From Adineta vaga (lineage: Eukaryota > Animalia > Rotifera), in the NCBI GenBank assembly GCA_021613535.1, contig CP075497.1, positions 2,852,001 through 2,916,000 of the forward strand: DNA of 64,000 nucleotides, given 5' to 3'. The position numbers and the translations under genes are program-made. A model generated the notes under the pieces. The model did no database searches. It was not told the origin of the DNA and worked only from the letters and a program-made list of their open reading frames with translations. Shown here one piece after another: positions 13,371 through 25,563 of this stretch. Position 1 is the stretch's first letter. Each line of letters starts with the position of its first letter.

Positions 13371-14071
13371 TGTACTTTTGTTAAGGAATATGAACGTGTC
13401 AGAATCGTCTAATGTAGTTGAATGACGATGTAGTTCTATGGTCTAATGCGCAAAGATAGAGACTTTTCTGTGTGTCGCTCTCTCTCTTTTCCTCTTCTCG
13501 CTCTGGAATCTCTGCTCTATCTCTCAGAATAAATTATTTACTCGATGTGCAGAAATGGTAGAGACGTCGTTGTTAATTCCATTCTGTCCTGTTCGAACTC
13601 TGAATCGTTTCCACTTCGCACACAAACAACATAACATACGATCAGATAAGGAAATGCGAGTGTGTATATGTCTCGAATTTTATCTCTTTCCAGCAATCTC
13701 ATTTTTATCTCTTCAAATTAAATCGAGAAGACTGAAAATGAACGATGTCTATGCACTCGATTGAAGAACAAATCGTTTACATGACAACAACACTCTTATT
13801 GCTTCATTAAAGATGACGATAATTGAAAAAATAGATAGTCTAAAATATGACGAGAAACACAACGATTTACTAACAAGAAAAGACACCACACTTCATCATT
13901 CTCTCAAACAAATAGTGCATGTTTAATGCATTCAAAGATAGATATAAGTTTGTACAAATGTATGCCTATTAGAAACAGATAATGTTCCTTCGTTTTTTGT
14001 ACAATAGATCAACTGAAATAAGATTAATTTTATTCAATAAAATAATTATTTATTCGTTTTCTTAATAAATA

Positions 14072-15859
14072 TTATAATAAACACTTGGAATAGATTTGAT
14101 AACAAATTGTTAATAGAATAAGAAAAAATGCAAAGAGAAGAATAATAATACGTTGATAAAGATTTCTATATTCTCTCATTTGTTCATTCATATGAACATT
14201 TATTTCTAATGAAGTATTTTGAATAATATTATCATAGAGAAGATTTTTATTTTTCAATATTCTTGTACATAAAATCAATTGATCGAAATTAAATAATGTT
14301 AATGCACATAATGTATGAAGTATTTTATGATTTGTTATGAAGTGTTTTTCACTATAATGTTTATTGAATAAAAATCGTTTTAAATAAAACGAATTTTCAC
14401 GTATTAAATGAACAAGATGAAATAAACTATCGGATGTGATTTCTTTTTTTTGACGATACCATGAAGAAAATCGATAGGATAATGACCAGACATCATTTTG
14501 TGTACGTTCAACTTGTAAAATATTTAAATTATACTGTTCATAATCAGTTAATACTAATTTTTGTCGATTGTAAGAATATTTACGAATCGATGGTTGAGTT
14601 AGATGACCAACTGGACTAATAGCTGGATGATTAAGAATACCCATAGTAATATTTCCTGAAGAATAAACACGAAACATATCATAATGACGATGACCTGTTA
14701 AACACATGATTATAATTGAAGAATATTGATTAATAATCGAGAGAAGTTTTTGTTCATAATTAAGATCATAAAATCTATATAATAAGTCTTCATTCATACC
14801 GAAAGGTAAATGTGTTAAGAGTAAGACACGATCTTTAAGTTTATAAGCATCCGACATTGTTCTATTGAACCATCTAAAGAAAGAATATCATTCTGTTTTC
14901 TACATAGAAATACATACTCGATTTGTTGTAAAATATCATTTGTATCGAAACTTTCTAGAAGATGTGGTTGAAACATTGCTGTATTTAGAACAACAAACCG
15001 TAATGTTATTTGATCGTTCTCTTGTAAAGTTCGATGACGTATTGAATAATAACCACCTACAATAATTCATCATCATTTATATACAATGAGTTTTCAATTG
15101 TTTTTTTTTCTCTTGATTGAATTACCTTGGAAAAATGTTTGACGAGCATCGATATCATGCAGTAACAAATGGAATTGTGTTTTGTTATAAAATTCGATGA
15201 AACGTGTTGTTCGATTTGAAGTTAAAACTATATCATGATTTCCTAAAAATCAATCAATTTTCGAATGAAACCTTCGGAATATACGTAAATAACTTTACCT
15301 AATACTGGAATAATTAATGTTTTTGGAAAGAATTGTCTCAATTGTTGAGAAAGATTTTGAAAGACAGGTATGATTGTATCTCCAGCTCGTAGTCGATGAC
15401 TTGTTGAATCTCTAAAGATATAAAACTAAGTCATTTTCAATTCAAAAAAAGAGATCCATATGTTCATACCCAAGCCAAATAAGAAAATCAATATTAGAAT
15501 CAATGTTTTTCGCTGCAGAAAATGCCGATGTTACTAATGCACGAGGTGTATCACAATCAAAATGTCCAAATTTTCGAATTATTTTTGTCATATTATTCAC
15601 TGAGACATTTCGACAATGAAATGCCGGATCACCATCATTTCGATAGTAAATATCGATATGAGCGTCAGTAAATACCCAAAAATGACCTTATAGGAAGTAT
15701 ACAATAGTAATCAAAATAAAATTATGTTTTCAATATACCTTCAAACGAATGTTCTTTATTTCGATTCTGTTTGGATCTGGCATAAAAAGTAATGCAAAAA
15801 ATGAAAATTATCCATATTAATAATGAATATCTTCTCAACCAGATATTCATAGTTGCCAT
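14072..15859 (-). CDS. Acid sphingomyelinase-like phosphodiesterase (SMPDL3 family) with C-terminal hydrophobic anchor
   Basis: N-terminal hydrophobic segment, metallophosphoesterase motifs FWVFTDAHID, FGHFDCDTP, WLGDS, LGNHD, THLP and GHRH, then PAISP..QPSIRKY and a C-terminal TM-like stretch. Confidence 0.88.
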
Positions 15860-17127
15860 TATATTAACCGATCATTCTACGTATTGATCTCTGCTCCATA
15901 ATTATAGCTTTAATGATTTGTTAGGTATTTCGATCGATTCAGCTGAATGCTTATTCATACATCAACGACGTGGCAGAACCACATATGTTTTTCTTTTTTT
16001 TTTTTGTCAATGTAAAACCTTCGACATTGAAAGGAAAGGAACATATATGTACTGACAAATAGACTGCGATGTACTTTATTAAAACGTTTTGAGCAATATA
16101 AAAATTTGAAGAAAAAGAGGGCGGTATATCGTGGGAAGGCGAACAAATACATTGATAAAGCTATCGAAAATTCTATAGTATGAATGCAATTAACGATAAT
16201 TATTGTCATGTTAATTGGACATGAAACTTAAGTATCTGGAGAGGAGAAAGAATGAATCATTTTCGTATGTCTTGGTAATAGCCAAATTATAATTTCATAG
16301 TATTTCATTATTTGACAACACAACTAATTAAAACTTTGAAATACATTGAAAAGTATGTTGTATGTATCAATATTAAAAAATCAAAGTTATTCGGAAAGAT
16401 GTGCTTCGAAGATTGATAGTTCCGATCGGCTTGTTGACAAGTCATCCATACAATTAATAAGGAAGAATGTTAGTTTTATCGATTACTAGTTTTCCGGAGA
16501 TCAATTTCGATCCATAGATAATAAATGTCAATGACAACGAGAGAATGAATAGAGACGGAAGCATTTATTTTAGTAAAAGAATATACGGACAATATACTTT
16601 TAAAATAGATTAATTAGAACTATGTGTTTGAAATTCATCACTTACCATTATTATACGATGTTGTATTTTTTACCGATAAAGACGTTCTAATATCATCATT
16701 GTTATACATGATTCATCTTTCGTTTCAAGACATATTTAGTTAATATTCTTTTGAACACTCCTATCATCTTTTTATTAAAATATTCTTTCATACTTGACGC
16801 TTCTTGACAATTGTCATTCAACAACAAAACCTATACGATAATCCATATTTTCTTTTTCATTCAATGAATAATATTGCACTCATTCACTTACATGACATCA
16901 CATCTACCCATGTGTAACTACAATCAGTTATTTACATCAAAAATACACTATGACACATTGACAGTTAGCAATACTAGTGTGAATAATTTCCCATTTATCA
17001 ACATCGAAATTTTGTTGTTCATCTCTGTTCGAACTAAATTATTCATTCAATATTGATCACCAACACTGCCCACATGATATGTGGGAGAATCTTTCCACTT
17101 TCTCACCTCGCCATTGAGACTATCCCC

Positions 17128-17133
17128 TATAAA
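17128..17133 (+). promoter_or_regulatory. TATA box of mini EF-hand gene A
   Basis: TATAAA lies 91 nt upstream of the ATG, the same distance as in the paralog (43098). Confidence 0.5.
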
Positions 17134-17218
17134 TGCAGAACATCCACTCGAAAATTAGTTATTCTCAACTCATTTTTACATATTCGACTATTCTCAATCA
17201 ACAAATCAACAAACGAAA

Positions 17219-17569
17219 ATGTCTGCTTTCGATGGAAATCGTGATGGTTATCTCAGTGCTAATGAAATAGCTGATGCTAACGAAGTTCGTTTTGCTGATG
17301 GCAACAGAGATGGTGTTCTCAACTTGAATGAATTTGCTCGTGTTGAAAGTAAGCATTGATTCTATAGCATCGGATCTTTTCTCATGTATTCTTTCTTTTC
17401 AATGAGTAGATCCAGCTAAATTTGCAATGTATGACACAAATCGTGATGGATTAGTTGATACACCTGAATATGCACGAGGTGAACTCAACACTGAACATCG
17501 ATGTAAGTTATGAGAGAGGTGAAATTTGTAATATGTTTATCTATTTGTTATATTATAGATGGTTTTTAA
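17219..17569 (+). CDS. Mini triple-EF-loop protein A (77 aa, 3 exons)
   Basis: Exons 17219-17348, 17410-17502 and 17559-17569 give MSAFDGNRDGYLSANEIADANEVRFADGNRDGVLNLNEFARVENPAKFAMYDTNRDGLVDTPEYARGELNTEHRYGF. It has three DxNxDGxxxxxE loops, and the paralog at 43189 has the same intron positions. Confidence 0.9.
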
Positions 17570-18368
17570 ATCTTAATCAATCTTTCATGCGATCATTGAT
17601 CAAATCTTCAATGACTATAAAACATATACATTCTACTTTTTTTTTGTATTGTGATCTGTGATGTACTGTAAACTATGTCTCATTAATAATAATCATATCC
17701 AATCTTGAAGTAATGCTTTAGTTGAAACGCAAGATATTAGCTATGAGAGTGTGCGTGTGTGACAAGATTTTTTCTTTTATTATTTGGAAAAATCTGGTGA
17801 ACAAGAAATAATAGTTGAGTCATACATAGATTTACAACAATCACAGAGGCAACAGTTATATTCAGTGCAAGAAACGAAGACGTTTAGAAATAAAAGTCAT
17901 GAGATCAGTCACATAATGTTAAGTGGTTCTCAAACATCGTGATCACAATGCCCTAGTAAGTAATAGATCAACGATGTCTATATATATATATATATACCTG
18001 GAATGTGTAATAATTCTATTTAAATTCATCTTCTATTTTTACTTGATACAAACCATATTTGACATTATTTTAATAACAAATACTTAGCAGAAGACTATTT
18101 CTACTAAGTGCATTAATTTTTCATAATGAACTATTCAAAAGTTGTATGTTTGCACTCTTTGACCCGTCCATACGCAGCCTCCTGTCATATAACAGATGAC
18201 TTATAAAATATTCCCAGGTATTTTATCCCTTTCGAGCAAATTATAAAGTAAAAGAAAGTGATTTACATCAATCATCTGTTTTTCATTAATCACATGTTTC
18301 GATAATTGACTTCGCAAACAGATTTTTGTCATTTACGATTCAAGTTAGTTAAGATATAAAACTAATAA

Positions 18369-19292
18369 ATGATTGTAAATATAACAGATATTAACTTATC
18401 AAATTCGATTCATATTTTTAGTACTTTTATTCTTTTTATTTCGACAACTACGATATCTTTTCTTCTTACAAGTATACTTTTAATTCTAATAATTTCAACG
18501 AAAATATTATACACACCAACTAATTTACTAATCGGTTACACATGTACAACGACAATATTCTATTTAATCATATCAATTATGAAAATTTCTCATTTATTAC
18601 ATGAATTTCAATTAACTGACTATCGATGTATAATTCAGATTTATCTCTCGCATACTTCTTTCAATCTAATGATCTATTCATATGTTATTCAAGCAATATC
18701 TCATTTATTTCCTAAACACAACTATTTATCAAATTATAAATGTTATTTTCTTCTTATTTTCTCTCAAATTGCGTTTTCCTTTTCAACTCCATTATCACTT
18801 CTCATTATACACGATATTGAATTTCTTTCATTTAAAATGTGTGCTATTTCACCAAAACATGTTCTCCATGCAATCTATCTTCATATCGTATCATATTTTA
18901 TTCCATTTATTGTAATTATTCTGATCTATATCATAATTCTTCGACAAAGTATTCAATCATCATCGAAACTCTCACATTTACATCGACAAAGCAAACGTAA
19001 TACTAATTTCGTTCGAAATATTCTCATTATTTGTATTCTATTTCTTCTTTCTCAACTACCTGGTACTATTCTAATTAAACTATCCGATGAATATCTATCG
19101 AATTGCAAAGTTTTGTACATGTTTGCTGTTGTAGCAACATTGCTGTCGACATGTTTTGAAAAGGTTTTAGTCATTATTTGTCATCCAGATATTCGAATCG
19201 AATTTCAAAAACAATGGAAAAGATTATATCAGTTTCTCCGATTACATTCTAATCGTATCGAACCATTGACATTGTCAAATATCAATGTCTAA
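18369..19292 (+). CDS. Intronless divergent rhodopsin-like 7TM receptor (putative chemosensory)
   Basis: 307-aa single-exon ORF with seven hydrophobic segments, TPTNLLI, a TM3 cysteine (YRCIIQ) and SYFIPF..Y. The DRY and NPxxY motifs are degenerate. Confidence 0.75.
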   Translation: MIVNITDINLSNSIHIFSTFILFISTTTISFLLTSILLILIISTKILYTPTNLLIGYTCTTTIFYLIISIMKISHLLHEFQLTDYRCIIQIYLSHTSFNLMIYSYVIQAISHLFPKHNYLSNYKCYFLLIFSQIAFSFSTPLSLLIIHDIEFLSFKMCAISPKHVLHAIYLHIVSYFIPFIVIILIYIIILRQSIQSSSKLSHLHRQSKRNTNFVRNILIICILFLLSQLPGTILIKLSDEYLSNCKVLYMFAVVATLLSTCFEKVLVIICHPDIRIEFQKQWKRLYQFLRLHSNRIEPLTLSNINV

Positions 19293-20492
19293 ATAAAAAG
19301 TATAATGACCAACTCTAAGATCTTCATTTTATATAAATATCAATCATTTTTGCAATGATGTGAAAACGACATAGATGAGAAATATTGTCTAGACAACACT
19401 TGAGAATATATAACTTTGATGTTTTTAGTCTTTGTCATGCATAATTACCAAAGAAGAATTTTTACGTTTAGAAACAGTTTCATGTTTTTCTATTAAAAAT
19501 ATCATGATTATACAGGAGATCAATGTCGTCATTCGATTATTGTTGTTGTAAGCAAAAGTGACACGTTCACTTCAGGTAATCCATCGGATCATATCATTAA
19601 TCTTTGTCTGAATGTTTGATATTTTATTTCAATTTCATCAACTTTATTTGGTAAAAGAAGAAAAAAAAGAACGATGACAGCGCGAATTTCGACAAAATTT
19701 ATGATAAAACTGAGAAAAGGAATTTTGGGAGGATCAGTCAGTCAGTCAGCAGTATCCCTCACTAATAACAGACAAATGAAAAGAAAGAAAGTGAAAGCAA
19801 GCAGCCAAATTGAAACAGTAAACACAAAAGAGAGAAATTGAAACTATTCAGCCACAAGGATAAGATAATAAAAATCATTGTATTAAACTACTAAAGAAAT
19901 AGAGACAAAAAAAGAAGAAGAGAACAAGCATATTGAAAAAAGTGAAAAAAAGACGAGACAAGAAAAGAAAAAAGATAAAAGAATGGATTGTTTTTTTTTT
20001 GTTAAATATTCTTATTTGTGTTTTTTTATATGTTGATTATCATTGTCATAGAAAACAATTTCATCCTTATTTACAAAAGACAAAAGATAAAAATGAATCT
20101 TCTCTATGAATGAAGACTTTTTTGAAAGAAAAGAAAAAAAAGAACGTTTAAATCAATCGGATGAAACTTTCTTCGATAATCATTTGCCCTTCTTCATTTG
20201 TTTCTCTTGTCAATTTATTCCTAAAAGAAAAGTACAAAAAAGTTCATTTTATGTATAAATATTCAAATCAATGTGACGATAGAAGAAAACAAAGACAGAC
20301 ATTCAAAGCAAAGACTTTTCCCACTCATTGAACAAAACAAATTATCGTCAAAATAAAAGTCCCTCAAGATGAAAAGCTCACTTACAATGACACCAATCGA
20401 CGTCGCTAAAGAAATAACGATTAGGATGTGGAAAATATTCATCTCTGACGAAGGTAAATGACATATCTATTCCCTATGAGTAGAAAGACTTA

Positions 20493-22652
20493 CTAAGGTA
20501 AATTACGTGATGATTCCGAACCGAAGACAATTTTTTGTGAATGTGAAGCTTTTTCTTCTCCTTGTTCATTAAATAATTTCGTTTCACATTCAGTACCCAT
20601 ACCCCATGAATCAAGTTTATCATTAACAACTTGAGATGGTGGTCGATGATGTGCATTTTGTGCACTTCGAGCATAAATTTTCAATTCACTTCCATGTTTC
20701 ATTACTAAACCATACGGAATTGTATAGGCAATTTCTGGTGATCCTTCAACCCGTCGTTTTAATGTCCAATTTGACACATCAACATCTTTATCACCTGAAC
20801 TATTTTCAAGTGTTATACATTTACCATCAGGTGCACAGTCTTCTGCAAGAGAAAAATAATCAATATCAATCAGGATAGAAAGATCATTCGTTTTGCAGAG
20901 GCGGATGAATATTTCTGTCTAGTTTTCTCTATCTTTAGAAATAGAAATCGTATACGTACTGATAGCAATAGGACCTTTTTTAATTTTCTTATTAAAAACT
21001 TTGCCAAGTTCACTACCAAATGACGGTGGTGCTGGTTCAACTGGTAAAATTTGTTCAACTGGTTGTTCTGAAAGTCGTTTTGTTTCACTATCTAATAATC
21101 GTCTATAAACATTGATTTCTGATTCCAATGTAATATTGCTAAAGAGAAACAAATCATTCATATCTACTGTCGATTTATTTTCTTTAAATATTACCTTCGT
21201 AAAATAGTATCGATTTCTCCAGTTAGTTGTTGAATACGTTCTTGTGAAAGTGCTAAATCTTTATTAATAGCATCATGTGCATCATTACGTTGATCACGTA
21301 CATAAGTAAATTCTTCTTCTAATTTCGCTAAACGATCTTGTAAATCTTTGTATTTATCTTTTTCACTCGCTAATAATTTTTGTGAATCATTTAATTCAAA
21401 TTTTGCTGCTTTAATTTGTTCAGTCATTTTCAATAATTCATCTTGTCGTGATTGTAATGGAACGAGTTTCTTTGCATCATTTTGAATTTCTTGAATTTTA
21501 ACATTATAATAATCTTCCATTTCTTTACGTTGGGCACTATGTAAAGTTTCGAAATCACGACGAATATCACGTATAGCTTTTTCTAATTCTTGTCGATAGA
21601 ATAATTGTGTATCAATACCATTCGTAGGTTTTAATTGTTCAAATTCACTAATTAAATGTGCATGAACATCATTGAGAAAAGGTATTTCTTCTCGAAGTGT
21701 TTGAACTTGAAGATCTAATTTAATTCGATCAATTGTTGTTCGATAGGATTGTTCATTAAGTTGATCGATTTCTGTTAAATAATCTTCACGTTGTTTAAGT
21801 AAATGTTTCAATTGATCTTCGACTTGTTTATAAGATTTTTGTAAAGCAGATAATTCTGCACATGAATGTTCATATTCTAATTTTAATTGTTCACGCTTTT
21901 CTTCTTGACGATCATTCCAAGCGGTTTCATCATTAATTAATGAACGATAATTATCAATTGTATAATGTGAACGACGTAAACGTGTTTGTAAATCTGCTTC
22001 ATCCATCATACTTCCATTCACTTCTTGACGAAGACTATCAAGTGGAGTGGAATATTGCGAAATTATTGTTTGAGATGCTGAACCCCATGATTTCGTTACA
22101 TCTTCTAATTGACCGGTTAATTTAGCATTTTTATTTTCAAGAACTTTAACACGATCGAGATAACCTGAAGAAGAAGAAACATATGGAATCATTTATTGTA
22201 TTAGAAAATAATTTACCTCGAAATCGATCATTTAATTGTGATAATTCTTCTTTTTCACGTTGATGTTGAAAACGTAAATTATCCGTTACTTGGGCATTTG
22301 TTGATTGAGTTGATAGTAATGAATAAGACGATGAATTTATACCTGTATCATTTTGTCCATGTTGATGACTACCAAATGATCTTGGTGATGAACCACGATT
22401 AATGGATCGATTACGTGTACCAGATTCTATGGAGACTGAACGTGCCGATGTGATCACCGAATTATCAACACCGGAAGACATTGGACTATGTATATTGTCT
22501 GTATTCAATGATGATGCAGGAGTACTTGTATTATTAATCAATGGAGGATGAAGCGACAGTGGAATTGAATTTGTTATTGATGAATTCTCAGGAACTGTAT
22601 TTATTAATGTATCACTTTGAGATACTGCAGTTACTGATGATGATGATGTTGG
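20493..22652 (-). CDS. Cytoplasmic intermediate filament protein (rod plus lamin-tail domain), core exons
   Basis: EKEELSQLNDRFRGYLDRVKVLE (coil 1A), LESEINVYRRLLDSE (rod end) and a lamin-tail domain (GKCITLEN..DVSNWTLKRRV..LFNEQGEEKA). There is no CaaX or evident NLS, so it is the protostome-type cytoplasmic IF. Confidence 0.92.
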
Positions 22653-25454
22653 CTAAAATGATATGATAAAAGTAAATTATAGAGACATGTTTCTTTATAC
22701 GTATGAGTTGAATAAAGAAATCTTGTTGAAAAAGAAAAGAAATATGATGATGATGACCAGACGTGTGACGCCTCAAAAATTGCGTCTTCATCGTTTATAC
22801 ATGAACAAAAACACATGTTCAAAACGATAATAGACTTCTAATTGATATTTTTTTACGTGTATACACATAAACGAATGAGAAGAAAGAACAATTAAAGTAT
22901 AAATCTCTTCGTTATGACTTGAATAATCTGTCATAGATATATATATATGTATATGCATATATGCAAGAATAATGTATGACAGCGAGGGAAAGAGAGAGAG
23001 AAAAAAAGATGTGAAAATGAGAAAATGACAAAAGCCACTGGTGAATATTAATGTATATATGGCACCAGCAAAAGGAATAAACTAGGGAGAAAATGACAAA
23101 TAGGAGAGAATGAGCATAAAAAACCACAGAAAAAGAAATTGACACCTGAGCACATAGAATATCATCTTTGATCCCTAATTCAATATCAACCTACGCTATT
23201 CCAATAACAACAACAGCAAGAATATCAACAGAGAAAAAAAATAGAAGGATTCGAATGTTAAACATTGTTTTGTTTCTTCTTCTTTTTCTCATTACATCTG
23301 ATTGGCATCATCTTGGCTTAGTTTTTTCTTCTTATCTCGATAATTATCAGGATCGTTGTCTCTGATTTTTTCTCTCTTCAATCGATCGATCGCGATGTCT
23401 ATTCCTATCTGTCTAATTATTTGACATCCTACATCTATCAAACAAAGCCTCGAGCACAGGTGATTTGCTTTGCATCTTAATGGACAAAGACCTTTGCACT
23501 ATTTTCCTATTTCACAAACATACACATACATATGGAAATAATAATGATGATACTAATCGACAATTATGAATCAAATCAGTAGCTTACAAGTACCTAATAA
23601 CACGAAATGTTAGACATACACTCGTTACTAATACCATATGAGTAATCAATATAAAGTTTTCTCTCTTTCTACACGGAAGAATATCCATACAAGAGAAGAG
23701 AAAGTTAAATACACCGAACATGCTTCGAAGTGACGATAGCGAGTAAAAAAACGAAAGGATTATCATTAGACGTCGCTTCTGTTAAGCTTGCATGCAAATA
23801 ATTGTATGTAGGGACGATTCAACGTGAAAAAAACGAAAGATTGAAAGTTGAAACCGTTATTCCTTTCATTTTTCTTCCCATTTTCTTCACATATACTTCC
23901 AAAAAACGTAAAATAGGAACAACAAGGTTAAAAAATTAATCTTCGACGTGTTTCGATACATGATATGGCATTTTTGTTTTAATCAAAACAGCTGATATAT
24001 TTACAACAAGACGAAAAAAGACTTTCATTGCATTCATCTGGTAGATATGTTGTTTTTCTTCTTTCAATGTTGATCATTCAACTACAGAGTATACAAGAAA
24101 AATCATATCAATATCAATCTTGTCTGTCGTTATTTTTTTGCTAATTTTCTTGTATATTAGATGTCAAATATGTCGACAATCGTTCTTTCCTCATATCCAA
24201 GAAAAAAAACTGCCAACATAAAGATGAGATGATTGTTATTGTGCGATTTGATTTCAATCAACAATTGAAACACAAAGGAATTCTTCCGATTTTTTTTCTT
24301 CTTCTTCTTCTTCTCCTCACATCTACAATCAACTTATACAGCAAAGAGTTACTATGTTCATGATCGTCACACTATTTATTCTCATTTTCAAGGACACATT
24401 CCATAAAAAAATGACAGAGGTTATCAAAATAACTAACTCGATTTTGATCTTTTGATAGAAGATCGTTAACTGAATATTTATCAAGATTTCTTTACTGATT
24501 ATACGATTAGATCGATAGGAATTTATGAAATAATCATCGAAAACAGAAGAAAAAACAGTGCACTACCTGAATATTTTTTGAAAAGAATGATACGTTGTTC
24601 GATTCATTTGGGATCAAGTAAATGAGTGAGATCTATTTGATTTAGTGTTATATAGATGTAGGTATGTTCATTTTTTTTGTCGAACAGGAGATGATCCTTA
24701 TAAAAACACACATCTATTCATCCGCCCACCATTTTATGCACTCTTGATCTCTCTTATTCATTAAAGTTGGTCATTTTGATCCTCTTATACTTATGTCTAT
24801 GTTTTTGTAAGAGAATGTTACGAAACTTAATGTAGATATTAAAGAACAAATCGAGAAAAAAAAGATTTTAAGTAGACGTTAAGTTAATTTTTAAGAAGAA
24901 ACTTTTAAATTAGTTTGCTCACCTTCTTCCCACTTGTCTTTGAATCGACGTCGTTCGTATCCTAATTGAAACTCGACAAACTTTTAACAGTCTCGTTGTC
25001 GCTTTCTACTCTCTTGTTTATTTTCTTTACAACACACCGTCAAGGTGAAATCTTGTTACATACACTATTGTTTTATATCATACATACTTCCTCTATGTCA
25101 ATAAGAGAAATAGAGAGCGAGAGAGAGAGAGAGAGAGGAGAAGAAGAAGAAGAGAAGACAACTGAGGTTTTTGATAGTAAAAAAATACCCACAAAACCAC
25201 GATATATAGATAAACAGAAAAATGTCAGTTAACTTTTTTCTTTGTGTTATTTATAAACGAAAAAATTTACCTTTGTTTTGTATCTTCAAATCTGTATTTA
25301 TATTCTTCAGTCAAAGATTAATACTTTCAATTTCCTTTTTCTCTATATCGAAATATATCCCATGAACTTTCTTTTATTCTACGAAATCTTCTTTGTGTTT
25401 GTTCAGATGTGTCAAAAATCAAAGACAAATATCAAGTCTTTTTAAAAAAAAAGA

Positions 25455-25563
25455 AAAAAAAGATTATCTTGTATTATGTAGATATGTACAAAAGTTTCCA
25501 AAAGAGAAAAAAGATTATCTTGTATTATGTAGATATGTACAAAAGTTTCCAAAAGAGAAAAGA
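25455..25563 (+). repeat. Perfect tandem duplication, 51-bp unit x2
   Basis: agattatcttgtattatgtagatatgtacaaaagtttccaaaagagaaaa begins at both 25461 and 25512. Confidence 0.9.

Noticed and set aside
17559-17569. YGF/YGL ends of the mini EF proteins as allatostatin-like peptides
   Set aside because: No signal peptide, cleavage site or amidation glycine.
20493-22652. Nuclear lamin
   Set aside because: No CaaX box or evident NLS, so it fits a cytoplasmic IF with a lamin-tail domain.
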